DNA of 64,000 nucleotides, from contig CAVWDL010000007.1 of NCBI GenBank assembly GCA_963753785.1, forward strand, positions 1 through 64,000, read 5' to 3'. The position numbers were made by a program, and so were the translations under genes. Below, piece after piece: positions 18,358 to 28,137 of this stretch. The notes beneath the pieces are model-generated. The model did no database searches. It saw only the letters and a list, made by a program, of their open reading frames with translations, and was not told where the DNA came from. The DNA comes from an uncultured Candidatus Micrarchaeota archaeon. GTDB lineage: Archaea > Micrarchaeota > Micrarchaeia > Micrarchaeales > CABMGC01. The first letter of the stretch is position 1. Each line of letters starts with the position of its first letter.

Positions 18358-19305
18358 TTATGCCTTGATGTGCAGATCCCATCCGAAGAATTCGACGGCG
18401 GAGACGATATCGGAGAGCGAACGGGCGGTCGCTATCCTCCGCCTTATCTCCGCCTTGTTCTCGAGCCCCGAAATGAACTGCACCGCCTGGAAGCGTACGA
18501 CAGATACGGACTCGCCCTTGGAATAACGCAGGAAACGCCCGAGAATCTCGACCCGGTCCTCCGCGGTCGGAATGAAGTACGAGCCCTTGCTGAAATACTC
18601 GCTCATCTGCCTGAACAGGAAAGGGTTTCCGATCGCGGCGCGGCCCACCATCACCCCGTCGCAGCCGGTCTTCTTCATCATGGACTCCGCATCCTCCGGC
18701 CTTGAGACGCCCCCGTTGCCGATGACAGGAATCGAGAGCGCGCGCTTTATCTTACCTATGGAGGCGAGGTCGGGCGGGACGGAGTAGTCCTGCTTTGCGG
18801 TCCTGCCGTGCACGGTCAGCAGGGATGCACCCCCTTTCTCTATGATCCTCGCTATCTCGACCGCCCTCGCCTTCGTGCTGAAGCCGAGCCTCATCTTGGC
18901 GGTGTACGGAACATTGAGGACGCTCAGTGCGTCGAATATCCTTGCTATCCTTTCCGGATCATTGAGGAGTGCCGCACCGGCGCCGTGCTTCGCGACGTGG
19001 CGCACGGGGCAGCCGAGGTTGACGTCCATTATCTCGCACCTCTTCTCTAGGGCCTCGGCCGCGAGGGCGATCCTCTCTGGGTCGAAGCCGAAGACCTGGA
19101 TCGCGTAAGGCTTCTCCCCCCTTGCGCGGACTAGCAGGGACTCTGTCTTTGCGTTGTTGCGGAGAACCGCCTCGGAGGAGATCATCTCGCTGGTGGTCAG
19201 TCCCGCGCCCTCCTCCCTGCAGAGCCTCCTGAATGGGGCTGTCGAGAAGCTGGACATGGGGGCCAGGAAGAATCCGTTCCTTACGTTTACGTCTCCTATC
19301 TTCAT
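18358..19305 (-). CDS. dus: tRNA-dihydrouridine synthase (Dus family)
   Basis: The motifs FLAPMSSFSTAPFRRLCRE, DVNLGCPVRHVAKHGAGAALL and a TIM-barrel FMN pattern are present. The start was trimmed to ATG 19305, with a TATA (GGATAAATAGCGC) about 30 nt upstream. Confidence 0.85.
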   Translation of the reverse strand: MKIGDVNVRNGFFLAPMSSFSTAPFRRLCREEGAGLTTSEMISSEAVLRNNAKTESLLVRARGEKPYAIQVFGFDPERIALAAEALEKRCEIMDVNLGCPVRHVAKHGAGAALLNDPERIARIFDALSVLNVPYTAKMRLGFSTKARAVEIARIIEKGGASLLTVHGRTAKQDYSVPPDLASIGKIKRALSIPVIGNGGVSRPEDAESMMKKTGCDGVMVGRAAIGNPFLFRQMSEYFSKGSYFIPTAEDRVEILGRFLRYSKGESVSVVRFQAVQFISGLENKAEIRRRIATARSLSDIVSAVEFFGWDLHIKA

Positions 19306-19381
19306 CGGAATCAGTCTATGTTGGGTCTGTGCGCTATTTATCCGTATCTCAGGGAACGGGTACGCCCTGCTCCAGATGCGC

Positions 19382-20083
19382 TCAGAAGGAGTCGCAGAGG
19401 GCGTAGCTGAAGCGCCTCGGCGTTTCGACCACATTGCGCCCGGTCACCCTCACCTCGTAGAACTGCCTGTTCTGGAAAGCGCCTACGTTGATCACGGGAG
19501 ACTCCTTTATGTAGTCCTTCCCGGGGCTCTCGTGCACGTGGCCGCAGAACGTGACGATGGGCTGGTCTATCTCTATGTACCTCCTGATCGGCCATGAGCC
19601 TATGTGCTCTCCGCTGTAAAGCCTGTCGCACTTGGTGTCGAAAGGCGGCGCGTGGCTAAGGAGCACGTCCACTGGACCCATCCTGTCTATGATCCTCTCA
19701 TAATTCTGGGATGAGACCTCCATCCACTCGCTGGGCGCGAAGCTGCACGCGGCAACCGGGGGAGAACCGCTAAGGCCGCCTATCGTCAGGCCCTGCCGCT
19801 CGGTGGTTGTCCCGTTAAGGAAGTATTCCTTGTACTTCTGGGAGTCGGAGACGAGCTCGTGGTTTCCGAAGACGACAATTGCGTCCGATTCAGACGTCTT
19901 CCTGAGAAGGTGGGCCAGGTCCACGCCCTGGAACCCGAAGTCACCCCCTATCATCACTATGTCGTATTTGTTCCTTGCGTAGTTGAGCCAGTCGAATATC
20001 TCGTTGTTTCCGTGAATATCGCTAGCAACCCCGATGGTTGTTGTTGACATCATTTGACTTTTGTTTTCCTCATACTTATGCAT
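19382..20083 (-). CDS. metallophosphoesterase (calcineurin-like)
   Basis: The motifs ASDIHGNNE, GGDFGF, GNHE and a GH pair are present. The start was trimmed to an internal Met (20083 or 20053). The upstream box is TTGTTATATTGC. Confidence 0.75.
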   Translation of the reverse strand: MHKYEENKSQMMSTTTIGVASDIHGNNEIFDWLNYARNKYDIVMIGGDFGFQGVDLAHLLRKTSESDAIVVFGNHELVSDSQKYKEYFLNGTTTERQGLTIGGLSGSPPVAACSFAPSEWMEVSSQNYERIIDRMGPVDVLLSHAPPFDTKCDRLYSGEHIGSWPIRRYIEIDQPIVTFCGHVHESPGKDYIKESPVINVGAFQNRQFYEVRVTGRNVVETPRRFSYALCDSF

Positions 20084-20186
20084 TGGCTTTATCCGCATCA
20101 GGTTAGCAATATAACAATATTTTGCACCAGAATCGCTCAAAATATCAGCGCTTATTAAGGAGGAAATACAATATTCGTATGATGAA

Positions 20187-20816
20187 ATGCCTGTAAAGAC
20201 CAGACCGGCCCCGGAGAAGCTCCTCGCGATGAAAGAGGAAGTGGAGAAGGAGCTCGATGCCATCGTAGTCAAGTACGTGGGGGTAGATCCGAAAGAGAAG
20301 AAGATCGAGAATGATCTCAAGGAAATGGGGGGCAAGCAGTTCGAAACGGATCAGGGAGCCGGCGAGCATGCGAAGCATGCGAGAATGGACCTGAACTTTG
20401 ACGAGTATGGAAGGCTCGACTCCGCTTCCGTCTCCGTTTACGCTCCTTCTAAATATGGCAATGGCTACGGCTGGGCGCTTCTTGCCCGAGTCGACCTAGA
20501 TACTGTAGACGTGTCAATACCGAAAGCGGGCAAACGCAGCAAATGGGCTTCCGAAGAAAAGCACAGCAGATGGCTGACCAGGCCGAAAGCAGGCGAATTC
20601 AACATAAGCCTGGAAGGTTACAATCTGAGGATCAGGAGGAGTGAGGGGGACGTTGAGAAGGAAGACGAGTACCGCAAGGACATCAAAAAGCTGAGAAGGG
20701 AAGAAAAGAATGCGAATGACGAGATGCTGAATGAGGTGGAGGGAGTTTTCAGAAAGGTCTTCGGACGGTACGAGCTGAAGATAGTTGACGTCATAAGAGA
20801 GAAATATGAGGCATAG
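20187..20816 (+). CDS. hypothetical protein (charged, K/E-rich)
   Basis: A promoter-like GCGCTTATTAAGGAGG lies about 35 nt upstream. Confidence 0.5.
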   Translation: MPVKTRPAPEKLLAMKEEVEKELDAIVVKYVGVDPKEKKIENDLKEMGGKQFETDQGAGEHAKHARMDLNFDEYGRLDSASVSVYAPSKYGNGYGWALLARVDLDTVDVSIPKAGKRSKWASEEKHSRWLTRPKAGEFNISLEGYNLRIRRSEGDVEKEDEYRKDIKKLRREEKNANDEMLNEVEGVFRKVFGRYELKIVDVIREKYEA

Positions 20817-20857
20817 GTGATCCCGGACTTCATGCAGCCATCAGGAGTTCGGAATGC

Positions 20858-21745
20858 CTATTTGACTCCGTAGCCAAGGGTGAGATAGATCAGCTTGGCC
20901 GTAAGGAAGTCGGGCGCTATCATCCCGGGTATGGGCGCGAGCTCCACGAAGTCTGCGCCCACGAGCTTCTTCTTCGTGACTATACCCTTGATTATCGAGA
21001 TCAGCTCGTAGTAGCTGAGGCCGTCCGGCTCCGGTGTCCCGAGGCTCGGCATCTCGCTGGGGTCCAGGACGTCCATGTCAACGGTGATGTAGACGTTATC
21101 CTTCGTGTTCTCCAATAGGAAGTCGACAATCTCCTGGGTCGTCTTCTCGTGCATGTCCTTCCTGTAGATGGTGACGTCGACTGTGCTTCCTGTATCCCTC
21201 CTCCTCGGTGCTCCTTATGCCGACGCTGTAAACGCTGTCGCAGACCTCCCTCGCCCTGGCTATGACGCATCCGTGGCTGAATACTTGCTCCCGAAGAAGG
21301 TGTCCCTGGAGTCGCTGTGGGCGTCGAAGTGGATCACGCTGAAGTCCCTGTTGTACTGCTTGCTGACCGCCCTGATTGTGCCTATGGCCAGCGAGTGGTC
21401 GCCTCCCAGCATCAGCGGGAGCTTGCCGTCCTCTAGTATGAGGCTTGTCTCCTTCTCAACCTGGTTTATGGTCTCCTCGGTGGAGTTGAGGTTTGGCATC
21501 AGCTCCTCCATCGTGTATATCCCGATCTCGCCGATGTTCCTGTCGACCTCCTCATTGAAGCGCTCGACGTCCCTGCTCGCGGCTATTATCGCGTGCGGGC
21601 CTTCCCTTGTCCCTGACTTGTAAGTTGTTGCCGAGTCGTAGGGCACGGGCAGCACGACCACCTTCGAGTCGGCGTAGGTGTCCTCGAGCCCGAAGAGGGT
21701 GTAAGGAGGCATGGAATTAAGCAGCTTGACTGGATCGGTTCTCAT
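20858..21745 (-). pseudogene. speB: agmatinase/arginase-family ureohydrolase, frame interrupted by two compensating frameshifts
   Basis: The N-terminal ORF 21260..21745 carries GGDHSLA and HFDAHSDSRD and ends ...GSKYSATDAS*. The expected continuation [32 protein letters not shown] is open in another frame (part of ORF-track 21001..21270). The C-terminal ORF 20858..21154 ([18 protein letters not shown]) is back in the original frame. Confidence 0.6.
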
Positions 21746-21942
21746 TGTTTTTCACTTGCGAATATCAATCAGGAATAAGCGTCAGCGTGTCATCTCCTCA
21801 GCCGTCGGAGTCTCACTAATAATTCGCTGATTTGCTATATAAAGATATGGATTTCTTGGCCGAACGCGGACTTTTTTTCTGATTACGTAAATAACGTAAA
21901 CGGTTATATAGCCTGAAAGCCCACGATAACTCGGTGAATGAA

Positions 21943-22338
21943 ATGGCAGCAACCGCAGTCAAAGAGCAGGCGTATCCTGTACATCCCAGATGGAACGGAG
22001 ACGGAGACGTGAAAGAGCTTGATATTTCCAAGGGCATGAAGGCAGTCACCAGCACGACGTCGGGATACGGTACTGTTTTGGTCAATGGCAAAACGATTCT
22101 TTATGACAAGAGGGAGCTCCACTGCGAACTGAAGCATGCTGAAGGGCGATTCGAGCATTCTAGCGACACACCTTACATACGAGTGGCGGGCATCGTGGTC
22201 GCCCAGGACGGAATGACGAAATTCGTGAAAGATCTGCGCAGGGACGAAGACACTGAAGCGATCGGGAGAGCGATTACAAAGAAGGAATCGATCAACACAA
22301 TTGTGTTCGGGATTCATCGCAAGCAGGACCTGATTTAG
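21943..22338 (+). CDS. hypothetical protein
   Basis: The ORF track starts at GTG 21934. ATG 21943 lies 31 nt after the TATA (GGTTATATAGCC). Confidence 0.4.
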   Translation: MAATAVKEQAYPVHPRWNGDGDVKELDISKGMKAVTSTTSGYGTVLVNGKTILYDKRELHCELKHAEGRFEHSSDTPYIRVAGIVVAQDGMTKFVKDLRRDEDTEAIGRAITKKESINTIVFGIHRKQDLI

Positions 22339-22437
22339 TTCAGAATCGGATGCCACTGGCATTTTGCCGTGGCATTCCTTTGAGGAAAAACAAATTGCGC
22401 AGGAATAGATAAATAGGTTCTCAGTCGGAGCGCTGGA

Positions 22438-22974
22438 TCAGAGCCCGAAGTGGTCCCTTATCTTGGCCGCGACCTGGTCGGCGGTCATCTTCGTGTTGTC
22501 TATCTCAAGTGACTCGGCGATGTCGACCTTGGAGAGGTAGTCTATCTCCTTCATCCAGTTCTCGAGCTCGGTCGGGCTCATCAGCTTGCCGTAGTAGTCC
22601 CTGGACGGGCTGACGACCCTCTTCTTGAGCTCATCCATGCTCGCGAAGAGCTTGACGAAGCACATCCTTCCCCCATTGCTCTCGACCATCGACTTCAGCC
22701 TCTTGATAAGGTCCTTCTGCTTCTCGGATCCGGTGTAGGCGATGGTCATCACCATCCCCTTCTGCCCGTCCTTCCAGGCGAACTCTATGCAGTCGTAGAT
22801 GACCTTGAACATCAGCGAGGAGTACCTCTTGCCCGCGTCGTCCGGAGTTATGGAGGCGATGAGGTCTATCGCCAGGTGGCTGTGGAAGACGCCGTAGCCC
22901 GTGAGCTCGCCCACCTTCTCCGCAGTGGTGAGCTTCCCTACCGCGGGAGGTCCGTATATCAGCACCAGCTTCAT
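22438..22974 (-). CDS. P-loop NTPase / small-molecule or nucleotide kinase-like protein
   Basis: Walker A LIYGPPAVGKLTT is at the N-terminus. The start was trimmed to MKLVLIYG, with the TATA (TCTTAATAAATTCC) about 28 nt upstream. Confidence 0.55.
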   Translation of the reverse strand: MKLVLIYGPPAVGKLTTAEKVGELTGYGVFHSHLAIDLIASITPDDAGKRYSSLMFKVIYDCIEFAWKDGQKGMVMTIAYTGSEKQKDLIKRLKSMVESNGGRMCFVKLFASMDELKKRVVSPSRDYYGKLMSPTELENWMKEIDYLSKVDIAESLEIDNTKMTADQVAAKIRDHFGL

Positions 22975-23086
22975 GTCAACGGGTGTAATTGGCATGCAGG
23001 AATTTATTAAGATTGGGGAGGGGGCCAACGGATTTCAAGCTAAATGATAAATAAGCCGGAAGCGCATGAATATAGAGTGACAGCGC

Positions 23087-23611
23087 ATGGCGAGAACCAA
23101 GTTCTATGAATGGAAGGAGAAGAACATGCCCATCCTCGAGGAGTGGGAAAGGCGCTTTAAGAACAGCGACAACATCTCCAAGATCGTCCTGCCGGATAAA
23201 TTCGACATCAATACTGCAGAGACGGACCTGAAGGAGGCGGTCAAGTTCTTCAAACACCCTGACGACTTCGAGCGCCTGATGCATGTCGAGAGGGACAACA
23301 AACTGCTCGCGATCGGGATACTCTCCCGCAAGGTGGACGAGAAAGACACCATCCAGACATTGCTGATAGCGGAAGGCTCTAACAAGCTAAGGAGGAGGAT
23401 TTACGAGTTCTATGACGATTTCCACAACAAGGAGGGCACGGAGGACAGGTTCCTTTCCGAGAACAGGGAATCGCTCATCCTTCCGCTGATGCAGTGCGGG
23501 AATTCCGAGATCAGGGACATGATAAAGGAGAGGGTGAAGGAAGACACGGTAAGAAAGATCAAGGAGGATGCGAGGAAGTGGGAGGCGCTGCACAACACCA
23601 ATAGAAAGTGA
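23087..23611 (+). CDS. hypothetical protein (K/E/R-rich, soluble)
   Basis: A promoter-like CTAAATGATAAATAAGCCGG lies about 27 nt upstream. Confidence 0.5.
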   Translation: MARTKFYEWKEKNMPILEEWERRFKNSDNISKIVLPDKFDINTAETDLKEAVKFFKHPDDFERLMHVERDNKLLAIGILSRKVDEKDTIQTLLIAEGSNKLRRRIYEFYDDFHNKEGTEDRFLSENRESLILPLMQCGNSEIRDMIKERVKEDTVRKIKEDARKWEALHNTNRK

Positions 23612-23683
23612 AACGGGGCCGAAGGCATCAGCAGGAAACCAATATATTACTTATTCGACCATCGGAGATACGGATGAACAGAC

Positions 23684-24235
23684 ATGCACCTCAAAGCAGG
23701 GCAGATCATATCCAGGCGCGTGCTTAGGGACGGCACGAAGGTCACGCTGCGCGCTCCAAGGATGGAGGACCTTGACGACCTCGTTGAATTCATAAACGCG
23801 CTGGTCGACGAGAAGGCCATGATAATAGTCAATAAACGCGTAACGAGGAACGGCGAGGCGAACTACCTGAGCGGCGTACTCACTGAGGTGGAGACGGGGA
23901 AGGCGGTCTACGTCTTCGCTGAGATCGGAGGCAGGGTGGTGGCGAGCTCGAGCATCAAGTTCAACAGCGGGCACGAAGCACACACCAGTACGCTAGGGAT
24001 AGCCATATCGAAGGGGTACAGGGGCATCGGGCTCGGAACACTGCTCATGAAGGAGCTGATAAACCAGGCGAAGAGGTTCGGCAAGAAGCTGATAATACTC
24101 GAGGCGTTCGAAAAGAACCCGTGCGCGAGGCGCCTTTACGATAAGGTCGGCTTCAGGGAGGTCGGGAGAGTGCCTAAGAAGCTCTTCCACAGGGGCAAGT
24201 ACCAGGCGGCGATAGTGATGTCAAGGGAGGTCTGA
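23684..24235 (+). CDS. GNAT family N-acetyltransferase
   Basis: Motif A GYRGIGLGTLLMKELINQAKRFG and motif B are present. Confidence 0.8.
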   Translation: MHLKAGQIISRRVLRDGTKVTLRAPRMEDLDDLVEFINALVDEKAMIIVNKRVTRNGEANYLSGVLTEVETGKAVYVFAEIGGRVVASSSIKFNSGHEAHTSTLGIAISKGYRGIGLGTLLMKELINQAKRFGKKLIILEAFEKNPCARRLYDKVGFREVGRVPKKLFHRGKYQAAIVMSREV

Positions 24236-24270
24236 GTCAGGGCTGCCCGCTGGAAAGCGTTTTACCCAAC

Positions 24271-24294
24271 AACGCTTATATAGGCGGAAAAAGG
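24271..24294 (+). promoter_or_regulatory. BRE/TATA-like promoter consensus (AACGCTTATATAGGCGGAAAAAGG)
   Basis: It lies about 25 nt upstream of ATG 24313. Confidence 0.5.
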
Positions 24295-24312
24295 CAATGA
24301 ATAGACGGTTTA

Positions 24313-24540
24313 ATGCTCGATTCTAAGGAAAAGACGGCTGCCGGGATTGCGACGGGAAGCGTCATAAGCGTAGGTGTAATCGCGGTTGGTGTGTTCAGGA
24401 CGAACATCGATATGATAGCACTCGGAATCGCTCTGCTGGCCGCAAGCAACGCGGCGTACTTCATATCTGCCGCAATCGGCTTCGAGGGGCTGCGAAGGAA
24501 CAGGGAAGACGAGCTGAAAGGAGGCAAAAGGAAGGAATAG
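24313..24540 (+). CDS. small 2-TM membrane protein, hypothetical
   Basis: A 75 aa ORF with two Gly/Ala-rich helices. Confidence 0.45.
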   Translation: MLDSKEKTAAGIATGSVISVGVIAVGVFRTNIDMIALGIALLAASNAAYFISAAIGFEGLRRNREDELKGGKRKE

Positions 24541-24594
24541 GCGTTCTTTGCTGAAAACACACACATAGCAGTAAACAATTGGCAAGGCGGTAAC

Positions 24595-24921
24595 ATGTCG
24601 GAAAAAACCATTGACAGGAGCGAAGGGCCATCTTCGGCTAAGATTTATGTCGAGCATTTCAGGACAAGGGCAGGTCTCGTCCTGACGGGCATAGTCACGA
24701 GCTTCACGGGGATGGCGCTTGCCGTCAGCAACGGAAGCGGCGGGTCCGTGGCTGATGCGATTCTGGCCCTTTCGGTGACATCCTTCATGCTGTTCTACGG
24801 AGTCCGCCGCAACGACAAGGAGCAGAAGAGAATCGAGGCGTGCGAGAAGATAGGGTGCACGCTCGATCCCGGAAAGGAGTGGAGCGATCTGAAACAGATG
24901 GAAAGGAAGCGACAGACGTAA
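24595..24921 (+). CDS. small 2-TM membrane protein, hypothetical (possible paralog of 24313..24540)
   Basis: A 108 aa ORF with two Gly/Ala-rich helices. Confidence 0.45.
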   Translation: MSEKTIDRSEGPSSAKIYVEHFRTRAGLVLTGIVTSFTGMALAVSNGSGGSVADAILALSVTSFMLFYGVRRNDKEQKRIEACEKIGCTLDPGKEWSDLKQMERKRQT

Positions 24922-25062
24922 GGCTGCGCCGGAATTCGGGATCCATCAGAGCGATCCGCGAATCTTGCACAGGATTTTTCCCTCCCATCTGAAACGCATA
25001 AAGGTTCGCCTCTATGCAGCGGTCAGGCATTTTCCTGACAGCACGCTGCAATCGGGTCGGCA

Positions 25063-25353
25063 CTATGCTTCGCGGATCATTTGACCGAATCCGGTCTTAC
25101 GCTCCTCGAACGTCTTCTCCGCCTTTTCGAATTTAGCGGCAATCTCGGCTTCTTCTTTCTCAGAGAGCACCCCCGAATTGTCTATAACGCACCCCAACCT
25201 ATAGAGATCGTCTATTATCTTCTTATCTGACAACATCTTGTTGGCGGCGTCCTCATTGCGCTTATCGACTTTTGCGGATAGAGCAGCACTCACTTCCTTC
25301 GAGTGGATATCCACGAGTATCGGGCGTTTTCCGTACGTTATATCTCCCCCCAT
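25063..25353 (-). CDS. hypothetical small protein behind strong consensus promoter
   Basis: The reverse complement of plus 25376..25400 reads CTCATCAATGCTTAAATAGGCGGAAAA, which lies about 28 nt upstream of ATG 25353. Confidence 0.5.
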   Translation of the reverse strand: MGGDITYGKRPILVDIHSKEVSAALSAKVDKRNEDAANKMLSDKKIIDDLYRLGCVIDNSGVLSEKEEAEIAAKFEKAEKTFEERKTGFGQMIREA

Positions 25354-25425
25354 TGTATCATCAGAGGAAGTGTCTTTTCCGCCTATTTAAGCATTGATGA
25401 GAAATCCGTCAAGCATGCGGTCTTG

Positions 25426-25698
25426 ATGCGAATGCGGCGGATGACGAAGCCCCTGAGCACCCTTAAGAAGGACTGGAATCAAGGGAAAAGGGATACAATG
25501 GCAACGATTAGAATAGTCACGAATGCTACGACAGGAGCGAAGGGAGCAGAACAGACTGCGGCAGTAAAGGATGCTGGAAAGGACATGGAACTCATCGGAA
25601 GCAACCTGATGAATGTGAAGAGGGCAGGAGACAGCGATGCTGCTGCGGATAAGGTTTGTACGCCCAGGGACTCGTACAAATCGATGGAACTGCTTTAG
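25426..25698 (+). CDS. possible small protein (start uncertain)
   Basis: This is the frame of ORF-track 25303..25698, trimmed because its 5' part overlaps the minus gene. The same TATA could act bidirectionally. The call is weak. Confidence 0.25.
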   Translation: MRMRRMTKPLSTLKKDWNQGKRDTMATIRIVTNATTGAKGAEQTAAVKDAGKDMELIGSNLMNVKRAGDSDAAADKVCTPRDSYKSMELL

Positions 25699-25758
25699 AT
25701 TCCGAGAAGGGACATACGGGAGGGATTCGGAAAGGAGAGGAGATAGCAGACTTCCGGA

Positions 25759-26433
25759 ATGAAGAAGGTTCGACCATCGCCAATCCCGGACACATACGAT
25801 ATATATCTTTCGGGACCAATCTATGGTATGGTAGTCAAAACTGGGGAGATGCCCAACCTCAGAGAGATGCTCACTCCGGACATAGTGGAAAAGGGGCGCC
25901 ACGCGGGGGAGCGCTACGACATGGACATAGACCCTGTGAAAACGCTGGGAAGGTTCGTCGACTTCTTCTCGAAACCGTCGAACCTCGAGCTGCTCATCAA
26001 GGAGGACAGGGAGCAGAAGGATGCAGCCAATGACATCCTGTCTCTGCACATATCGCACGAGGTGACGCTCGGGACCTGGCTGACGATCAAGGAGCCCGAT
26101 GACGTGAAGTTCGGGCTGCTCGAGTTCTGGATCAATTTCAATCAGGAGAGGGGGACCGTGAAGAGCTTCGTATCGAACTACAGCGATCCGCTCCTGTCCC
26201 CCATGAGGGCTACGCTCAAGGACCCGGAGGCGATCAGGATGCTTGATGAGAGGCTGGCGGACGTCCAGAAGATGAGGGACGGGATCTGGAAGGCCCAGAA
26301 TGCGGACCTGCTGGAAGGGATCCTTGGAAAGGGCAGGATGAGCATCCAGATGGCGATGAGGAGGGACGGGAGTGAGACTCGCAGCGGGAGCGCAGTCCCG
26401 AATCAGAGAATGGTAGAGGCGGAACAGCACTAA
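25759..26433 (+). CDS. hypothetical protein
   Basis: Amino-acid composition is normal. The long antisense ORF 25387..26430 (R/H/P/L-rich) was rejected. Confidence 0.5.
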   Translation: MKKVRPSPIPDTYDIYLSGPIYGMVVKTGEMPNLREMLTPDIVEKGRHAGERYDMDIDPVKTLGRFVDFFSKPSNLELLIKEDREQKDAANDILSLHISHEVTLGTWLTIKEPDDVKFGLLEFWINFNQERGTVKSFVSNYSDPLLSPMRATLKDPEAIRMLDERLADVQKMRDGIWKAQNADLLEGILGKGRMSIQMAMRRDGSETRSGSAVPNQRMVEAEQH

Positions 26434-26791
26434 TCCTCAAAAAACCTCGACCATTGTCTATACGTGACGGAGATGGTATATATCCGAGAAGAGCCAATAG
26501 CATCCTCGTGGTATCGGTGGCATACACCCGAAAGGTAGTGAATACTCCTAAGGGAATCGAGGAGATGGCTAGGGTAGAGAGGCTGATGGGGACGGCATGG
26601 TCCAATGCACTCTTCAAAGCGGAGGCTGCGGATTGCGCCAAGCCCGATGCAGAACCGAAGCCCTTGGTGCATCAATCGAAGCAAACAGGGGAGGAGTCGC
26701 TCAAGGGAAATATGAGGTGCGGCGAGAGCGACGAGAAGGCATACGGACAGGGAAAGCAGGAAGGAGAGGCGTACGCTTAAAGGGAAATAGC

Positions 26792-27064
26792 ATGGCATCA
26801 ACGGAAAACACAAAGGCTAGGGAAATGGTAAATGAGAAGGACGTAAGGATAATACCTGAATCCAGATATGCGAACTATCGCATCATGGGGCCCGAGGGCG
26901 AATTGATAGAACTGAGTAAAGTGTGCGTCCGCAATTTTTCAGGCTATGATCTGAGCGACGGCAGGGGCGTACTGATAGGTAAGATAGACAAGGTCGTTTA
27001 CACACCCGAAGGTGAGCGCATCAGGTTGGTGCTGAGAAAAGACGACCCCTCGGACAAGAGCTAA
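26792..27064 (+). CDS. PRC-barrel-like small protein
   Basis: Internal ATG of ORF-track 26597..27064. The sequence DVRIIPESRY...LSDGRGVLIGKIDKVVYTPEGERIRLVLR fits the PRC-barrel pattern. Confidence 0.4.
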   Translation: MASTENTKAREMVNEKDVRIIPESRYANYRIMGPEGELIELSKVCVRNFSGYDLSDGRGVLIGKIDKVVYTPEGERIRLVLRKDDPSDKS

Positions 27065-27142
27065 TGCCGTTCGCTAACTTCCAAGAGTTCCGGATATTTT
27101 TAGGCAGGAACGGGTCTCCGAGCCGGAAACATTTAGTGGACA

Positions 27143-27687
27143 ATGCGTATAAAGGCCGAAATTCCAGATACGCATGATAAGATGGCGTCAGACGTAAAAG
27201 AAGCGCGGACTCGAAAAAGAATTCCCGCTTTTTGCATATCCGGCGAGGAGGTCGCCGAATCCGCGATAGAGGGAATCCTGAAAAGAACCGAATCGAGGCA
27301 GATAACATACAGCGAAGTGCTCTTCTATCCGGAGATCCTCGAGGAAACCAAGTTCTGCTGCGCCTGGGTTGCGCCCGAATGGAAAGTGCCCGTTCCGGGA
27401 GACTACAAGATAGTCCGAAAGAAGATGGGAATGGCACGATTGAAGACCTTTCCCTAATCCGCGTATCCAAGGAAGAGGCGCAGACGCTTCCGGAGGAACA
27501 ACGCCTCCGCGTTGCAGAAAGCGCGGGAAAGGACAGCAGCCACCTTTTCATACACAAGAGCGCACTCGGGTTCGAGCTCCACAGCAGCTACTACAACGGC
27601 ATAGACCTGCGCTTCGCGCTGCTCATCACAGTGCCTCTGATAAAGAGCGGAGCCGAGCTTCTGTCGAAGGAAACTCAGCGCAGGTGA
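27143..27687 (+). pseudogene. hypothetical protein, apparent single frameshift (27143..27457 joined to 27232..27687)
   Basis: Two overlapping protein-like ORFs lie in adjacent frames, and the junction is near 27420-27440. Confidence 0.35.
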
Positions 27688-27731
27688 CGGCCAGAGCGAT
27701 GGGAACGCGCTTCAGGGACTGAAACGGATTC

Positions 27732-27953
27732 TCAAGAACTCTTTTGTTTCTTATTGACGGCACTGCTGCGCATGAAGGTGGTCGTGGTTCCGTCGGAATT
27801 GAAAATAAGGTCGGTCTTCACTTCCCACGACTCGGTGGTGCCCTTCCTGGAGATCTCGCGCAGACTCTTGCACATTTCCACGAGCTCGCCACCAGAGGGA
27901 ATCTGTCGTTCTACCGGAAATTCTTTTTGCATCTCCTTTTGCGAAACAACCAT
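27732..27953 (-). CDS. small hypothetical protein upstream of and divergent from glnA
   Basis: ATG at 27953, with ATATTAAAGAG about 27 nt upstream. The track start is a TTG at 28001. Confidence 0.3.
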   Translation of the reverse strand: MVVSQKEMQKEFPVERQIPSGGELVEMCKSLREISRKGTTESWEVKTDLIFNSDGTTTTFMRSSAVNKKQKSS

Positions 27954-28137
27954 ATCATCAGAAGAGGTGAGATTTGACTCTTTAATATGGATTCTGTACA
28001 ACCTTGTACGTTTGTCGAGGTCATTCGCTCATCAACGACGCCGATTTCCGGCGTCAACCTCGGGATACGACGTCATCGGGGCGCGTTCACTTTCCGCCAA
28101 GTTGCTGCACGCAGATTTTATAAATGCGGAATATTCT

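Noticed and set aside
22976-23284. 102 aa minus ORF overlapping the start of 23087..23611
   Set aside because: The plus-strand gene has the consensus promoter and a K/E-rich globular composition. The minus ORF is most likely its antisense shadow and merely extends the kinase frame upstream of the kinase's real start.
25387-26430. 347 aa minus-strand ORF
   Set aside because: It is antisense to the compositionally normal plus gene 25759..26433. It is R/H/P/L-rich with no start-context support.
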